Shown here: one piece after another, positions 36,114 through 48,050 of the stretch
Layout of the letters: every line of letters starts with the position of its first letter
Numbering within the stretch: position 1 is the stretch's first letter
Origin: an uncultured Erysipelotrichaceae bacterium
GTDB taxonomy: Bacteria; Bacillota_I; Bacilli_A; RF39; UBA660
DNA length: 60,081 bases
NCBI GenBank assembly: GCA_902788735.1
Contig: CADALJ010000002.1
Location: forward strand, 1 to 60,081
Reading direction: 5' to 3'
Notes under the pieces: generated by a model
The model's database searches: none
The model's input: only the letters and a program-made list of their open reading frames with translations
What the model was told of the DNA's origin: nothing
Program-made: the position numbers and the translations under genes

Positions 36114-37064
36114 TTAATCTTCATCACGTAATACTAATCCCATATCTCTGATTTTGTCTAATACTTCTTTAAGGGATTTCTTACCTAAGTTACGGATTTT
36201 CATCATATCAGATTCGCTTCTATTAACAAGGTCTTGTAGTGTATGAATTCCAGCTCTCTTTAAGCAGTTATAAGCTCTTACTGAGAAATCTAAGTCTTCA
36301 ATTGAAGTTTCTAGAGCTTTAACTTTTGGATCTTCAGTCTTTTCAATCATCATACCACTTACATCAGCGATTGATGATAAGTCTGTAACGATTTCTAAGT
36401 GTTCAATTAAGATACGGCTTGCTAAAGCAATAGCTTCTTCTGGTTTAATTGATCCATTTGTCCATACATCCATGATTAATTTATCATAGCTTTCATCTTG
36501 TCCTACACGAGCGTTTCCAACTTCATATGAAACTCTTTCGATAGGAGAATATAGAGAGTCAATTGCGATTTCTCCAACTTTTTTGATATCATAAATTTTC
36601 TTATTATCTTCGCTTCTTACATATCCACGACCGTTAGTTACAGTCATTTCCATATTGAATGAAGTTCCTTTAGATAAATGACAAATTACTTTATCAGTAT
36701 TAATTACTTCGATATCTGAATCATGTTCGATATCAGCAGCAGTAATTTCTCCTTCTTTTGTAGTGTTAATTCTTACTACTTTTGCTTCATTTGAATGATT
36801 TTTAAATACTATACCTTTTAAATTTAAGATAATAGTAGTAACGTCTTCATATACTCCGTCAATTGTTTGGAATTCATGAAGAACTCCGTCGATTTTAATA
36901 CTACTAATTGCACTTCCAGGTAATGATGATAACATTACTCTTCTTAATGCATTACCGATTGTAGTACCAAATCCTCTTTCTAATGGTTCTAATTCAAATC
37001 TTCCATAAAAATTGCTTTCTACAGAATCAGTTATTTTATAAATTGGTTTTTCAAATTGTAACAT
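36114..37064 (-). CDS. rpoA: DNA-directed RNA polymerase alpha subunit
   Basis: FGTTIGNALRRVMLSSLPG and the C-terminal domain SVRAYNCLKRAGI. Confidence 0.97.
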   Translation of the reverse strand: MLQFEKPIYKITDSVESNFYGRFELEPLERGFGTTIGNALRRVMLSSLPGSAISSIKIDGVLHEFQTIDGVYEDVTTIILNLKGIVFKNHSNEAKVVRINTTKEGEITAADIEHDSDIEVINTDKVICHLSKGTSFNMEMTVTNGRGYVRSEDNKKIYDIKKVGEIAIDSLYSPIERVSYEVGNARVGQDESYDKLIMDVWTNGSIKPEEAIALASRILIEHLEIVTDLSSIADVSGMMIEKTEDPKVKALETSIEDLDFSVRAYNCLKRAGIHTLQDLVNRSESDMMKIRNLGKKSLKEVLDKIRDMGLVLRDED

Positions 37065-37133
37065 GAAACTAACCTCCCTTTACTTTTTTTCACGAACTAT
37101 TCTACTTTATTATACCACGAGTCGTACCAATTA

Positions 37134-37517
37134 CTATCCTCTAGGACGTTTTGGTGGACGACATCCATTATGTGGGATTGGTGTAACATCGATGATTGAT
37201 GTTACTTCTAGTCCTGCAGTTTGTAATGATCTGATTGCAGTTTCACGTCCTGGTCCTAAACCTTTTACGCGAACCTCAACTTTACGCATTCCCATGTCGT
37301 ATGCAGCTTTACCAGCAGCTTCTGCAGCCATTCCAGCAGCGAATGGAGTTGATTTTTTACTTCCTTTGAAACCAATAGCACCTGATGATGCCCAGCTTAT
37401 TACGCTTCCATCTTTATCAGTTATTGTTGTAATTGTGTTATTGAATGTTGAATGAATATGTGCCATACCTTCAGGTACATTCTTTTTAACTTTTTTCTTT
37501 CTAGTTTTATAAGCCAT
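37134..37517 (-). CDS. rpsK: 30S ribosomal protein S11
   Basis: [28 protein letters not shown]. Confidence 0.97.
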   Translation of the reverse strand: MAYKTRKKKVKKNVPEGMAHIHSTFNNTITTITDKDGSVISWASSGAIGFKGSKKSTPFAAGMAAEAAGKAAYDMGMRKVEVRVKGLGPGRETAIRSLQTAGLEVTSIIDVTPIPHNGCRPPKRPRG

Positions 37518-37541
37518 AAGTCTTACCTCCTTTTTTTATAC

Positions 37542-37910
37542 TTAAACTTTCTTCTTATTTGCTACAGTCTTTCCTTTACCCTTACGAGTACGAGCATTAC
37601 GATTAGTTCTTTGTCCTCTTACAGGTAATCCTTTTTTATGACGACTTCCTTCGTATGAGTTAATTTCCATCTTAGTCTTAATATTCATACTAACTTCACG
37701 GCGAAGATCACCTTCAGTTAAATGATTATTAATTTCATCACGGATTTTAACTAAATCATCTTGTGATAAATCTTTTGTTTTAGTAGTTGGATCTATACCA
37801 ACTGCCTCACAAATTTGTTTTCCTAGACTTCTTCCAATACCATAAATGTAAGTTAATGAAATACAGATATGTTTATCATTTGGAATGTCTACACCTTTAA
37901 TACGTGCCAT
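37542..37910 (-). CDS. rpsM: 30S ribosomal protein S13
   Basis: [23 protein letters not shown]. Confidence 0.97.
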   Translation of the reverse strand: MARIKGVDIPNDKHICISLTYIYGIGRSLGKQICEAVGIDPTTKTKDLSQDDLVKIRDEINNHLTEGDLRREVSMNIKTKMEINSYEGSRHKKGLPVRGQRTNRNARTRKGKGKTVANKKKV

Positions 37911-37926
37911 TTAAATACACCTCCTA

Positions 37927-38040
37927 TTAACCTTGAACTTGTTTGTGTTTTGGATTTTCACAAATAATTCTAACTTTTCCTTTACGTTTTACCACTTTGC
38001 ATTTTTCACAAATTGGTTTAACTGATGCTTTTACTTTCAT
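37927..38040 (-). CDS. rpmJ: 50S ribosomal protein L36 (37 aa, below the ORF-track size cutoff)
   Basis: Hand translation gives [37 protein letters not shown]. Lies between infA and rpsM as expected. Confidence 0.9.
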   Translation of the reverse strand: MKVKASVKPICEKCKVVKRKGKVRIICENPKHKQVQG

Positions 38041-38078
38041 TCTTTTTCCCTCCTATTATTTACGATAGGTCTATATCG

Positions 38079-38294
38079 TTATTTACGATATGTTATACGC
38101 CCACGTGTTAAGTCATAAGGTGAAAGTTCTACCATTACTGTATCCCCTGCTAAAATACGGATATAGTTCATACGTATTTTACCAGAAACGTGAGCTTCTA
38201 TAATGTGTCCGTTTTCCAATTGTACTTTAAACTTTCCGCCTGGAATAATTTCAAGAACTTTACCTTCTATTTCGATTGTATCTTCCTTAGCCAT
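38079..38294 (-). CDS. infA: Translation initiation factor IF-1
   Basis: [32 protein letters not shown]. Confidence 0.97.
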   Translation of the reverse strand: MAKEDTIEIEGKVLEIIPGGKFKVQLENGHIIEAHVSGKIRMNYIRILAGDTVMVELSPYDLTRGRITYRK

Positions 38295-38330
38295 TTCTCT
38301 TCACTCTCCTCGAAGATTTATGTATCTTCC

Positions 38331-38352
38331 AAAGAAGGAATAATCCTTCTTT
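38331..38352 (-). other. Hairpin between adk and infA (attenuator or processing stem)
   Basis: AAAGAAGGA-ataa-TCCTTCTTT 9-bp stem, 7 nt after the adk stop. Only a short T-run follows. Confidence 0.3.
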
Positions 38353-38358
38353 TGATAC

Positions 38359-39009
38359 CTATTTTATTATTTTATCAATAGACTTGAATATGTTTTCTAT
38401 TGTATCGTTTCCGTCTACTTCAGTTAACACACCCATATCTTTGTAATGTTTGATAATTGGTTCTGTCTTATCAAGATATGTTTGATATCTAGTTTCAAAT
38501 GAAGCTAAATTATCATCAGTTCTTTGATATAGTTTACCACCACAATTATCGCATATAGATTCTTGTTTTGGAGAAGATGCCTCATCATTTATATTATAAA
38601 TTGAATTACACTTCTCACAAATTCTTCTCCCTGTTATTCTTTTTTCTAATGTTTTCTTGTCTATATTAATTAATATAACATTACCTACTTCATAACCTAA
38701 TTTATCAAGTATTTTATCATATTGATAAGCTTGGTCTATATTACGTGGAAAACCATCTATAATAAAACCTTTTCTACAATCATCTTTTTTTAGTCTGTCT
38801 TCGATTAATTGATATGTAATATCATCTTTCACTAATTGACCACTTGCTAGTGTTTCTTTAACATAATTACCTATTTCACTATCTTCTTTAGAGATTTCTC
38901 TTAAGATATCTCCTGTAGATATATGAGGTATATGGTACTTTTCTACAACTAATTCTGCTTGAGTACCTTTACCTGCTGCAGGTGGTGCAATAAACATTAT
39001 ATTCTTCAT
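38359..39009 (-). CDS. adk: Adenylate kinase (zinc-lid type)
   Basis: P-loop APPAAGKGTQ and lid CEKC..CDNCG. Confidence 0.96.
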   Translation of the reverse strand: MKNIMFIAPPAAGKGTQAELVVEKYHIPHISTGDILREISKEDSEIGNYVKETLASGQLVKDDITYQLIEDRLKKDDCRKGFIIDGFPRNIDQAYQYDKILDKLGYEVGNVILINIDKKTLEKRITGRRICEKCNSIYNINDEASSPKQESICDNCGGKLYQRTDDNLASFETRYQTYLDKTEPIIKHYKDMGVLTEVDGNDTIENIFKSIDKIIK

Positions 39010-39012
39010 ATA

Positions 39013-40284
39013 TTATCTTCTACTATATCCTCTCTTATAACTTCTAGTTAGTATACTACCTTCTAATTGTTTATAAGTTTCTAATGCTACACCAACTACG
39101 ATTAATAATCCTGTACCACCAATTGATACTGATGTTGGTAAGCTTGTTAATTTAGAGAATATTATTGGTAATCCAGCAATGATTGATAAAAATGCTGCTC
39201 CTAATACAGTTAGACGAGTAAGAATTTTACTAACATATTGTTTAGTTTCTTCTCCTGGTCTAATTCCTGGAATATATCCTCCATTTTCTTGTAAATTCTT
39301 TGCAAATTCTTCTGGTTTTAATTGAATAAATGTATAGAAGTATGCAAAGAAGAATATTAATACTACGTATATTATAAATCCAACTGGTGTAGTCATTGTT
39401 AAGTATTTTTGAACAATAAGCGTAAAATTATCATTCTTAATTACTTGTGCAATTATATTTGGTATTGATAATAAGCTTGATGCAAAAATTACTGGAATAA
39501 CTCCTGCTGAATTTATTTTTATTGGCATGAAACTTTGAGCGTTTCCATATGCACTAGTTGATTTATTTGCATATTGAATTGGTATTCTTCTTTCAGATTC
39601 TTGAACGAAGATCATTCCAATTATAATTGCAAAATAAACTATTACAAATAATACAAATTTAACTATTCCTAAAGTTATTACGTTTGCAGCACCTTCAAAT
39701 GTTACTAAGCTTTGGAAAGCTGTAATAAACATTTGTGGAAGTGTGGCAATGATACCTGCCATAATAATTAGGCTGACACCATTTCCAATACCTTTTTGAG
39801 TCATTTGATCACCCATCCATAATAGTAAAGCAGTTCCAGCAGTTAATACTGTTGCTATATACATATATTGTACTGGGTTACCAGTCTTTCCTAAGAATGC
39901 AAAAGCAAATGCATAACCTTCGATGAATGCGAATATAATACCCATATATCTAGTTATTTGATTTATCTTTTGTCTTCCTGTATGACCTTGTTTAGAAAGC
40001 TCAGTAAAGTATGGAAATATATCCATTTGTAATAACTGAGTAATAATTGATGCAGTGATGTAAGGCATAACTCCTAATGCAAAGATTGAGAAGTTTTTAA
40101 GTGCTCCACCACCGATTGTATTAATTAATTCTAAAAATCCTAAATTCTTAGTTAAGTCTTCAGTACCAGGTACTCTTATTGAAATACCTAATATAAATAC
40201 TGTAAGACACATTAATGTAAAGTAGATTCTATGACGTAAATCTTTATTACCAGAAGTAAATAATTCCTTCATAGTCTTAAACAT
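39013..40284 (-). CDS. secY: Preprotein translocase subunit SecY
   Basis: Ten-TM profile, GGALKNFSIFALGVMPYITASI. Confidence 0.97.
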   Translation of the reverse strand: MFKTMKELFTSGNKDLRHRIYFTLMCLTVFILGISIRVPGTEDLTKNLGFLELINTIGGGALKNFSIFALGVMPYITASIITQLLQMDIFPYFTELSKQGHTGRQKINQITRYMGIIFAFIEGYAFAFAFLGKTGNPVQYMYIATVLTAGTALLLWMGDQMTQKGIGNGVSLIIMAGIIATLPQMFITAFQSLVTFEGAANVITLGIVKFVLFVIVYFAIIIGMIFVQESERRIPIQYANKSTSAYGNAQSFMPIKINSAGVIPVIFASSLLSIPNIIAQVIKNDNFTLIVQKYLTMTTPVGFIIYVVLIFFFAYFYTFIQLKPEEFAKNLQENGGYIPGIRPGEETKQYVSKILTRLTVLGAAFLSIIAGLPIIFSKLTSLPTSVSIGGTGLLIVVGVALETYKQLEGSILTRSYKRGYSRR

Positions 40285-40285
40285 A

Positions 40286-40729
40286 TTAGATCACCTCTGC
40301 TTTACTTCCTGCCTTTTGTATCTTTTCTAAAGCACTAGCTGAGAATTTATTAGCTTGAATAGTTAACTTCTTAGTTAATTCACCATTACCTAATACTTTA
40401 ACTCCATCATATTGTTTTTTAACTAATCCAGTATCTTTTAATAATGCTGGTGTAACTACTGTTCCATCTTCAAATTTGTTTAATTCACTAACGTTAATTG
40501 GTGCATAAACAGTTTTGAATTTAGCATTAGTAAATCCTCTTTTAGGGATTCTTCTATATAAAGGTAATTGTCCACCTTCAAATACTGGGTTTATACTAGC
40601 TCCACTACGAGCTTTTTGTCCTTTTTGACCTTTTCCACTTGTTTTACCAAGACCACTACCTGGACCACGGCCAATTCTTTTCTTTGCTTGAGTAGCTCCG
40701 ATATTTCTCTTTAATTCATTTAACTTCAT
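40286..40729 (-). CDS. rplO: 50S ribosomal protein L15
   Basis: [32 protein letters not shown]. Confidence 0.96.
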   Translation of the reverse strand: MKLNELKRNIGATQAKKRIGRGPGSGLGKTSGKGQKGQKARSGASINPVFEGGQLPLYRRIPKRGFTNAKFKTVYAPINVSELNKFEDGTVVTPALLKDTGLVKKQYDGVKVLGNGELTKKLTIQANKFSASALEKIQKAGSKAEVI

Positions 40730-41238
40730 TATCCTAATATCTCCTCTACTGTTTTACCGCGAAGTGCAGCAACTTGTTCTGGAGTCTTAATAGACTTTAA
40801 TGCACTCATTGCAGCTCTTGCCATATTTAATTTAGTTCTTGCTCCTAGTGATTTAGAGACAACATCACGAATTCCTGCTAATTCTAAGATAGCACGAACA
40901 GATCCACCAGCGATAACTCCAGTACCTGCAGCAGCTGGTTTAATTATAACTCTTGCAGCTCCAGCATAACCGATAGCTTCATGAGCAACTGTTCTTCCAT
41001 CTGTTAGAGGGATTGTGATAATATTTTTATTTGCATCTTGTAATGCTTTTTTAATTGCATCAGGTACTTCGTTTGCTTTACCAATACCTAATCCAACTTT
41101 ACCTTTACGATCTCCGACAACAACTGTAGCAGAATATCTTCTTTGACGTCCACCTTTGTTAACTTTAACAACGCTTTTAACATCAATTACTAATTCTTCA
41201 AATTGTTTTTCTTTAGATTCTTGAGTTTTCTTTTGCAT
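40729..41238 (-). CDS. rpsE: 30S ribosomal protein S5
   Basis: [29 protein letters not shown]. Confidence 0.96.
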   Translation of the reverse strand: MQKKTQESKEKQFEELVIDVKSVVKVNKGGRQRRYSATVVVGDRKGKVGLGIGKANEVPDAIKKALQDANKNIITIPLTDGRTVAHEAIGYAGAARVIIKPAAAGTGVIAGGSVRAILELAGIRDVVSKSLGARTKLNMARAAMSALKSIKTPEQVAALRGKTVEEILG

Positions 41239-41250
41239 ATTACCCTCCTA

Positions 41251-41613
41251 TTAGAATTCTAATCCATTTTCACGTGCAGCATCAGCCAAGGCTTGTACAC
41301 GTCCATGATATAGGTATCCACCTCTATCAAATACTACTTTTGTGATTTTTGCTTTCTTTGCTTTTTCAGCTATTGATTTACCAACAACTTTAGCTGCTTC
41401 TACATTACTTCCGTTTTTAATTTTTAAGTCTTTATCTAATGAGGAAGCAGATACAAGAGTAGTTTTATTTTCATCATCAATAATTTGTGCATAGATTCCA
41501 GTATTTGAACGGAATACACAAAGTCTTGGTGTTGCGCTTGTACCCATCATAGTTTTACGAATTCTTTCGTGACGAGCAACACGCATACTATTACGAGATT
41601 CTTTCTTTATCAT
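41251..41613 (-). CDS. rplR: 50S ribosomal protein L18
   Basis: [40 protein letters not shown]. Confidence 0.96.
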   Translation of the reverse strand: MIKKESRNSMRVARHERIRKTMMGTSATPRLCVFRSNTGIYAQIIDDENKTTLVSASSLDKDLKIKNGSNVEAAKVVGKSIAEKAKKAKITKVVFDRGGYLYHGRVQALADAARENGLEF

Positions 41614-41635
41614 ATTCTTTTCTCCTTCCTACCTA

Positions 41636-42166
41636 TTAAGCAGCTTTCTTTCCTTCTTTACGACGAACATGTTCATCTTTATAACGAATTCCTTTACCTT
41701 TATATGGTTCAGGGCTTCTTACTTTTCTTATGTTAGCAGCAAATTCACCAACTAATACTTTATCAATACCTTTAACAGTGATTTCAGTATTGCTTGATGA
41801 TTCTACTGTAATTCCTTCTGGAATTTCCATATTTACTGGATGTGAATATCCAGCACTAATTACTAACTTTCTTCCTTGAACATTGAAACGATAACCTACA
41901 CCAATAATTTCTAATCCTTTTTCATAACCTTTAGTTACTCCAATGATCATATTATTTATAATAGCGTTCATTGTTCCATGCATTGCTTTTGCATTTTCAT
42001 TTTTTCTTTCTAGTTTTATTTCAGTTCCTTCAATAGTCATTGTGATATCTTTAAGCATTGGGTGAGTTAATTCACCTTTAGGTCCTTTAACAGTAACAAT
42101 ACTATTTTCTTCACTTACAGTAACTCCTGCAGGAATTGTAATAATTCTGTTTCCTATACGGCTCAT
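41636..42166 (-). CDS. rplF: 50S ribosomal protein L6
   Basis: MSRIGNRIITIPAGV. ATG at 42166 with an AGGAGG RBS. Confidence 0.95.
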   Translation of the reverse strand: MSRIGNRIITIPAGVTVSEENSIVTVKGPKGELTHPMLKDITMTIEGTEIKLERKNENAKAMHGTMNAIINNMIIGVTKGYEKGLEIIGVGYRFNVQGRKLVISAGYSHPVNMEIPEGITVESSSNTEITVKGIDKVLVGEFAANIRKVRSPEPYKGKGIRYKDEHVRRKEGKKAA

Positions 42167-42232
42167 ACGACACCTCCTATATCTCATTTTATATTTACCG
42201 TTTTAAACGGGTTTCAAATTATCTTTGTCTAA

Positions 42233-42634
42233 TTACCATATATAAGCTAGAACTTCTCCACCTATATTTTCTTTACGAGCTTGTTTATCTGTCATAATTC
42301 CTTTTGATGTAGAAATGATTGCGATTCCTAATCCATTAAGAACTTTTGGAACTTCATCATTTTTTGCATAAACTCTTAAACCTGGTTTGGAAATTCTTTT
42401 TAATCCTGAGATAACACTTTCACGTCTTTCAGTATATTTTAATTTTAATACGATAGTTCCTTGAGCGTTGTTATCTTCAATTTTATAATCATTTATAAAT
42501 CCTTCTTCTTTTAAAATCCTAGCGATTTCTTTCTTTATATTAGAAGCAGGAACTCTTACTTCTTCATAACGCATTGCATTAGCATTACGAATTCTTGTTA
42601 ACATATCTGCAATTGTATCTGATACTACTGCCAT
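42233..42634 (-). CDS. rpsH: 30S ribosomal protein S8
   Basis: [17 protein letters not shown]. Confidence 0.96.
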   Translation of the reverse strand: MAVVSDTIADMLTRIRNANAMRYEEVRVPASNIKKEIARILKEEGFINDYKIEDNNAQGTIVLKLKYTERRESVISGLKRISKPGLRVYAKNDEVPKVLNGLGIAIISTSKGIMTDKQARKENIGGEVLAYIW

Positions 42635-42655
42635 TTAAATTTCCTCCTTTCCAAA

Positions 42656-42841
42656 TTACCAACTTGATTTTTTAACCCCTGGTATTTGTCCTTTATAAGC
42701 TAATTCACGGAAGCAAATACGGCAGATTCCGAATTTACTCATAACTGCGTGTGGACGACCGCATCTTGTACATCTAGTGTATTCACGTACTTTGTACTTT
42801 TGTGGTCTATTAGCCTTTACTATCATACTTTTCTTTGCCAT
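42656..42841 (-). CDS. rpsN: 30S ribosomal protein S14, zinc-binding type Z
   Basis: 61 aa. CTRCGRP..CRICFRE. Confidence 0.96.
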   Translation of the reverse strand: MAKKSMIVKANRPQKYKVREYTRCTRCGRPHAVMSKFGICRICFRELAYKGQIPGVKKSSW

Positions 42842-42857
42842 AATATTTCCTCCATAA

Positions 42858-43397
42858 TTACTTTCTAAAAGGAATTCCTAGTCCATTTAATAAGTCATAT
42901 GATTCTTCATTAGATTTTGCTGTTGTAACGAATACGATATCCATACCTCTTACTTTAACAACATCATCATAATCAATTTCTTGGAATATTAATTGTTCTT
43001 TAATTCCCATTGTGTAGTTTCCTCTACCATCGAAAGCTTTGTTACTAACACCACGGAAATCTCTAACACCTGGGAGAGCGATTGATATTAACTTATCCAT
43101 AAAGTTATACATGTTATCTCCTCTTAATGTTACTTTACAACCAATTGCTTGACCTTCTCTGATTTTGAATCCAGCAATTGACTTCTTAGCCTTAGTTACT
43201 ACTGGTTTTTGTCCAGCAATCTTAGTTAAGTCAGCGATAGCTGCATCTAATAACTTAGAGTTAGTAGTTGCATCACCAACACCCATATTGATTACTATTT
43301 TTTCTAATTTTGGAATTTCCATACTTGACTTATAATTATATTTTTCTTGTAAACTTGGAACTACTTCTTTTAAGTATTTCTCTTTTAGGCGGTTCAT
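42858..43397 (-). CDS. rplE: 50S ribosomal protein L5
   Basis: [24 protein letters not shown]. Confidence 0.96.
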   Translation of the reverse strand: MNRLKEKYLKEVVPSLQEKYNYKSSMEIPKLEKIVINMGVGDATTNSKLLDAAIADLTKIAGQKPVVTKAKKSIAGFKIREGQAIGCKVTLRGDNMYNFMDKLISIALPGVRDFRGVSNKAFDGRGNYTMGIKEQLIFQEIDYDDVVKVRGMDIVFVTTAKSNEESYDLLNGLGIPFRK

Positions 43398-43414
43398 AAA
43401 TACCCTCCTTCCAA

Positions 43415-43726
43415 TTAATCAATCTTCTCGTTTGATTTTTTTGTGATTCTTATTTTTTTATTTGTTTTTGTATCAGTTGTATGTCCTATTCTAGTTCTTT
43501 TCTTAGTTTTAGGATCTACAATCATAACATTTGAAGCATGAATTGGTGCTGCCATTTCAATGATTCCACCAGATTCTTGTCCTGTTGGTCTTTGATGTTT
43601 TTTTACCATGTGAACACCTTCAACTACAACTTTGTTTTCTGCTTTTAATGTTTTAATTATTTTTCCTGTTTTACCTTTATCAGAACCAGTGATAACTACA
43701 ACTTCATCTCCTACTTTAAAGTTCAT
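43415..43726 (-). CDS. rplX: 50S ribosomal protein L24
   Basis: [20 protein letters not shown]. Confidence 0.95.
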   Translation of the reverse strand: MNFKVGDEVVVITGSDKGKTGKIIKTLKAENKVVVEGVHMVKKHQRPTGQESGGIIEMAAPIHASNVMIVDPKTKKRTRIGHTTDTKTNKKIRITKKSNEKID

Positions 43727-43740
43727 AAATTATCCTCCTC

Positions 43741-43956
43741 TTATAGTACTTCTTTTGCTAAAGATACGATTTTCATGTAATCTTTATCACGAAGTTCTCT
43801 TGCTACTGGTCCAAAAATACGAGTACCTACTGGACTCTTGTCATCACGAATGATAACACAAGCATTGTCATCGAACTTAATGTAACTTCCATCTTCACGA
43901 CGAACGCCTTGACGACTACGAACGGCAACCTTCATACGGCTTTCTTGTTGTAACAT
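43741..43956 (-). CDS. rplN: 50S ribosomal protein L14, internally truncated (71 aa instead of about 122)
   Basis: The N-terminus [11 protein letters not shown] joins directly to [55 protein letters not shown]. The central DNSGA..GDVV.. segment is absent. A good RBS precedes the ATG at 43956. Confidence 0.7.
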   Translation of the reverse strand: MLQQESRMKVAVRSRQGVRREDGSYIKFDDNACVIIRDDKSPVGTRIFGPVARELRDKDYMKIVSLAKEVL

Positions 43957-43991
43957 AGATTATTCCTCCTTCTTAATTAATCATCTAAGCG

Positions 43992-44252
43992 TTAAATAAT
44001 AACTGCTTCTTTTACTATTTCTTTTAAATAGAAATGTTTAGTTTTTGATAATGGTCTAGTTTCAACTATACGAACAGTATCTCCAACTTTTGCTATATTC
44101 TTTTCATCATGTACACAATATTTTCTAGAGCTTTTAACTCTTTTGTGATATTTAGGATGGTTTTTATAAGTTTCTACTAAAACTGATATTGTTTTGTCAT
44201 TAGCTGCGCTTACTACTGTACCAACTAATTCTTTACTTAATTTCTTTTCCAC
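43992..44252 (-). CDS. rpsQ: 30S ribosomal protein S17
   Basis: [28 protein letters not shown]. Confidence 0.95.
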   Translation of the reverse strand: MEKKLSKELVGTVVSAANDKTISVLVETYKNHPKYHKRVKSSRKYCVHDEKNIAKVGDTVRIVETRPLSKTKHFYLKEIVKEAVII

Positions 44253-44264
44253 TTACTTTTCCTC

Positions 44265-44459
44265 CTACTCTGCATTTTCACGTTCTTTTAGAACGGTCTT
44301 CATTCTTGCAACAGTGTGTCTTAAGTCTCTAATTCTAGAAGGTTTTTCTAGAGTACCTGTTGCTTGTTGAAAACGTAAGTTGAATAATTCTTCTTTTGTT
44401 TCAACTAATTTTTTATTAATTTCTTCAGTTGATAGTTCTCTGATTTCTTTAACCTTCAT
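44265..44459 (-). CDS. rpmC: 50S ribosomal protein L29
   Basis: [28 protein letters not shown] at 44459. Confidence 0.93.
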   Translation of the reverse strand: MKVKEIRELSTEEINKKLVETKEELFNLRFQQATGTLEKPSRIRDLRHTVARMKTVLKERENAE

Positions 44460-44880
44460 TTGACTCACCACCATTTTCTTTCATTACAAATTTAGTAGCA
44501 ATTGGTAATTTGTGTGAAGCAAGGCGTAATGCTTCTCTTGCTGTTGCTTCATCAACACCAGCGATTTCGAACATTATCTTTCCTTCTTTAACTACTGCTA
44601 CCCATCCTTCAACATTACCTTTACCTTTACCTTGTCTTGTACCGATAGGTTTTTTAGTTAATGGCATATGTGGGAAGATGTTTATCCAAACTTGACCACC
44701 ACGTTTCATGTAACGAGTCATAGCAATACGAGCAGCTTCGATTTGGTTTGCTGTAATCCAAGCACCTTCTTTAGCTTGTAATCCATATTCTCCATAACTT
44801 AATGTTCTATTACCACGTGATTTTCCTTCGTGAGGTAATCTATGTACACGACGATATTTTGTTCTTGACGGAATTAACAT
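44449..44880 (-). CDS. rplP: 50S ribosomal protein L16
   Basis: [31 protein letters not shown]. Confidence 0.97.
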   Translation of the reverse strand: MLIPSRTKYRRVHRLPHEGKSRGNRTLSYGEYGLQAKEGAWITANQIEAARIAMTRYMKRGGQVWINIFPHMPLTKKPIGTRQGKGKGNVEGWVAVVKEGKIMFEIAGVDEATAREALRLASHKLPIATKFVMKENGGESNEG

Positions 44881-44882
44881 AA

Positions 44883-45578
44883 TTAATTACCTCCTTTTGC
44901 CTTATTGTCTTTTTTATCTTCTTTTACTTCATTAGTTGCTTTGTTTTTTCTGTTAAGGATTTCTCCTTTGTAGATCCATACCTTTACACCAATTTTACCA
45001 AATGTTGTATCAGCCTCACTAGTTGCATAATCAACATCTGCTCTTAATGTATGTAGAGGAATAGTTCCTTCAGTATATCCTTCGCTACGAGCCATATCAG
45101 CTCCACCTAAACGTCCAGATACACTTGTTTTAATTCCTTTAGCTCCTGCTTTCATAGCATTACGGATTGCACGTTTTTGAGCCATACGGAATGATGCTCT
45201 GTTAGTAATTTGATTAGCAATACTATCTGCTACTAACTTAGCATTTAAATCTGCTTTCTTAATATCAACGATTGAAATTTGTACATTTTCATCAACGATT
45301 TTAGAAAGTTCTTTTTTAAGTTTTTCAATTTCTTCTCCACCGTGTCCAATCATAACACCAGGTTTTGAAGTATGAATAACTACTTCTGTTCTCTTGTCAT
45401 TTCTTTCAATTTCAACTTTAGCGATTCCAGCAGTAACTAATTTTTCTTCTAAATATTTACGAATTTTAACATCTTTATCTAAATATTTAGCGAAATCTTT
45501 TTTGTTGCTGTACCATTTTGCTTCCCAGTCTTTATTGATACCAAGTCTTAGTCCATTAGGATTTACCTTTTGTCCCAT
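44883..45578 (-). CDS. rpsC: 30S ribosomal protein S3
   Basis: [23 protein letters not shown]. Confidence 0.97.
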   Translation of the reverse strand: MGQKVNPNGLRLGINKDWEAKWYSNKKDFAKYLDKDVKIRKYLEEKLVTAGIAKVEIERNDKRTEVVIHTSKPGVMIGHGGEEIEKLKKELSKIVDENVQISIVDIKKADLNAKLVADSIANQITNRASFRMAQKRAIRNAMKAGAKGIKTSVSGRLGGADMARSEGYTEGTIPLHTLRADVDYATSEADTTFGKIGVKVWIYKGEILNRKNKATNEVKEDKKDNKAKGGN

Positions 45579-45594
45579 TTCTGTAACCTCCTTA

Positions 45595-45930
45595 TTAGTT
45601 TTTTGTAGCCACTGCTATAATTATGTGACTAGTTCTATGATCTTTGTGTCCTATATGTGAACGTGAATCAAATAAGTGACGTTTCATAACAGGACCAGCA
45701 TCTACTCTTGCTTCTTTAACATATAATGTTGCAACATCTGCACCATTATTATTAACAGCGTTAGCAATAGCAGAATCTAATACTTTTTTAGTAAGTCTTG
45801 CAGACTTATTATTAACATTGTTTAAGATTACTAAAGCTTCAGTTGCTTTTTTACCTCTAATCATGTCAGCTACTAATCTAGCTCTGATTGGAGATACTCT
45901 TAAACCTTTAGCGATTGCTTTTGCTTCCAT
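45595..45930 (-). CDS. rplV: 50S ribosomal protein L22
   Basis: [18 protein letters not shown]. Confidence 0.96.
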   Translation of the reverse strand: MEAKAIAKGLRVSPIRARLVADMIRGKKATEALVILNNVNNKSARLTKKVLDSAIANAVNNNGADVATLYVKEARVDAGPVMKRHLFDSRSHIGHKDHRTSHIIIAVATKN

Positions 45931-45953
45931 ATTTTCTCCTCCTAGTCCTTATT

Positions 45954-46223
45954 TTACTTATCTTTTTCTGCACCATGTCCACCAAATTTACGTGTTAATG
46001 CAAATTCACCTAATTTATGTCCTACCATATCTTCAGTAACATAAACTGGAATAAATTCTTTACCATTATGTACTGCGAATGTATGTCCTATGAAATCAGG
46101 GAAAATAGTAGAACGACGTGACCATGTCTTAATAACTTCTTTTTTTCCAGATTTATTTAATTCTTGAACCTTCTTTAGTAATCTATCGAATACATAAGGT
46201 CCTTTTTTCAAACTTCTTGCCAT
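45954..46223 (-). CDS. rpsS: 30S ribosomal protein S19
   Basis: [23 protein letters not shown]. Confidence 0.96.
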   Translation of the reverse strand: MARSLKKGPYVFDRLLKKVQELNKSGKKEVIKTWSRRSTIFPDFIGHTFAVHNGKEFIPVYVTEDMVGHKLGEFALTRKFGGHGAEKDK

Positions 46224-46240
46224 ATTCTACTCATCCTTTC

Positions 46241-47071
46241 CTATTTACCATTACGACGACGTACTATGAACTTGTCAGAATGTTTTTTCTTACGTGTCTT
46301 TAATCCAAGTGCAGGTTTACCCCAAGGAGTCATTGGTGCTTTACGTCCTACTGGAGCACGTCCTTCACCACCACCATGTGGGTGATCATTTGGATTCATT
46401 ACAGAACCACGAACTGTAGGTCTAATTCCCATATGACGGCTACGACCAGCTTTACCTACTTTAACAAGTGAAGAATCTTCATTTCCAACTTCTCCAACTG
46501 TTGCCATACATGTTCCTAATACTTTTCTTTGTTCACCACTTGATAAACGAATCATTACATAATTATCTTCACGACCAAGGATTTGAGCAGCTGAACCAGC
46601 ACTTCTTGCTAATTCTCCACCTTTTCCAGGACGTAATTCAATGTTATGAATCATAGTACCAACTGGGATGTTGATGATTGGTAATGCGTTACCAACTTTA
46701 ATATCAACGTCAACTCCCGCTTCAATTGTTTGTCCAACAACTAAACCTTTTGGAGCAATAATATATCTTTTTTCTCCATCAACATAATTTACTAATGCTA
46801 TATTAGCAGTTCTGTTTGGATCATATTCTATTGTTGCTACTGTTCCAGGAACGTTTAATTTATTTCTTTTAAAATCAATGATACGATATTTTCTTTTTTC
46901 TCCACCACCATGATGACGAACTGTTATCTTACCTTGATTATTACGACCACCATTTTTCTTCATAGTGATTGTTAATGATTTTTCTGGAGTGCTAGTAGTT
47001 ATTTCTTCATTTACTAATGCACTCATTTTTCTACGTCCTGGTGTAGTAGGTCTATAATTTATAATTGCCAT
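46241..47071 (-). CDS. rplB: 50S ribosomal protein L2
   Basis: [27 protein letters not shown]. Confidence 0.98.
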   Translation of the reverse strand: MAIINYRPTTPGRRKMSALVNEEITTSTPEKSLTITMKKNGGRNNQGKITVRHHGGGEKRKYRIIDFKRNKLNVPGTVATIEYDPNRTANIALVNYVDGEKRYIIAPKGLVVGQTIEAGVDVDIKVGNALPIINIPVGTMIHNIELRPGKGGELARSAGSAAQILGREDNYVMIRLSSGEQRKVLGTCMATVGEVGNEDSSLVKVGKAGRSRHMGIRPTVRGSVMNPNDHPHGGGEGRAPVGRKAPMTPWGKPALGLKTRKKKHSDKFIVRRRNGK

Positions 47072-47085
47072 AACTTATTTCCTCC

Positions 47086-47370
47086 TTACCCAAGATCAAT
47101 TGTTTGTCCTTCAGCTAAGGTAACAATTGCTTTCTTTGTACGATTAGTTAATCCAGTATAACGACCAACTCTTCTTTTCTTTGGTTTAACATTAATAGTT
47201 CTGATTGCAGTAACTTTAACATTAAATAATTTTTCGATTGCTTCTTTAATTTCTAATTTGTTTGCTTTTGGATCTACTTTAAAAGTATATTTTCCAGCTT
47301 CTTTAGCAATCTCACTCTTTTCAGTAATAACTGGTGCTTTTAAAATTTCTAAATATTTAGTGTCTTTCAT
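47086..47370 (-). CDS. rplW: 50S ribosomal protein L23
   Basis: [18 protein letters not shown]. Confidence 0.95.
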   Translation of the reverse strand: MKDTKYLEILKAPVITEKSEIAKEAGKYTFKVDPKANKLEIKEAIEKLFNVKVTAIRTINVKPKKRRVGRYTGLTNRTKKAIVTLAEGQTIDLG

Positions 47371-47996
47371 TATTTAAGCACCTCCTCAACATATTTAATA
47401 GCTTCTTCTGTAATTACCATTACATCAGTTCCTACTATATCTAATACATTAATTTCATCAGCTAAGATTAATACTACATTTTGTAAGTTTCTTGATGCTA
47501 AGATTAAATTATCATCAAATTCTTTTACTACTAATAATACTTTCTTATCAGCTACTTTTAATGTTTCTAATAAACTAACCATTTCTTTAGCTTTTGGTGA
47601 AGCTACTTCTAATTTATCAACTACGATTAATTCTTTAGCAGCTACCTTTTCAGATAAAGCTGACTTTATAGCTAATTGTCTTTCTTTTCTATTTTGTTTA
47701 ATAGAATAATCTCTAGGTACTGGAGTACCATAACGACCTCCACCTACCCATTGTACAGCTCTAATTGAACCTTGACGAGCACGTCCAGTTCCTTTTTGTC
47801 TCCATGGTTTTCTTCCACCACCAGAAACTTCTGAACGATTTTTAGTTTTATGTGTTCCTTGTCTTAATGATGCCATTGTTAAAATGATTGCATCGTTTAA
47901 AACGTTATTGTTTGGTGTAATTCCAAATATTTCTTCATTTAAGTTAATGTCCTTTACTTTTTCACCTTTAAGATTTAAAAGTTCTACTTTTTTCAT
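47370..47996 (-). CDS. rplD: 50S ribosomal protein L4
   Basis: [22 protein letters not shown]. Confidence 0.96.
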   Translation of the reverse strand: MKKVELLNLKGEKVKDINLNEEIFGITPNNNVLNDAIILTMASLRQGTHKTKNRSEVSGGGRKPWRQKGTGRARQGSIRAVQWVGGGRYGTPVPRDYSIKQNRKERQLAIKSALSEKVAAKELIVVDKLEVASPKAKEMVSLLETLKVADKKVLLVVKEFDDNLILASRNLQNVVLILADEINVLDIVGTDVMVITEEAIKYVEEVLK

Positions 47997-48050
47997 CTAC
48001 GATTCCTCCTTTCATCACTATATATAAGTTAATTTATTTTATTGTGATGA

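Noticed and set aside
37063-37455. 130-aa plus-strand ORF
   Set aside because: It lies entirely antisense to rpsK, a highly conserved gene. It has no RBS and a Pro/Ser/Ala-rich composition typical of the reverse frame of a GC-richer gene.
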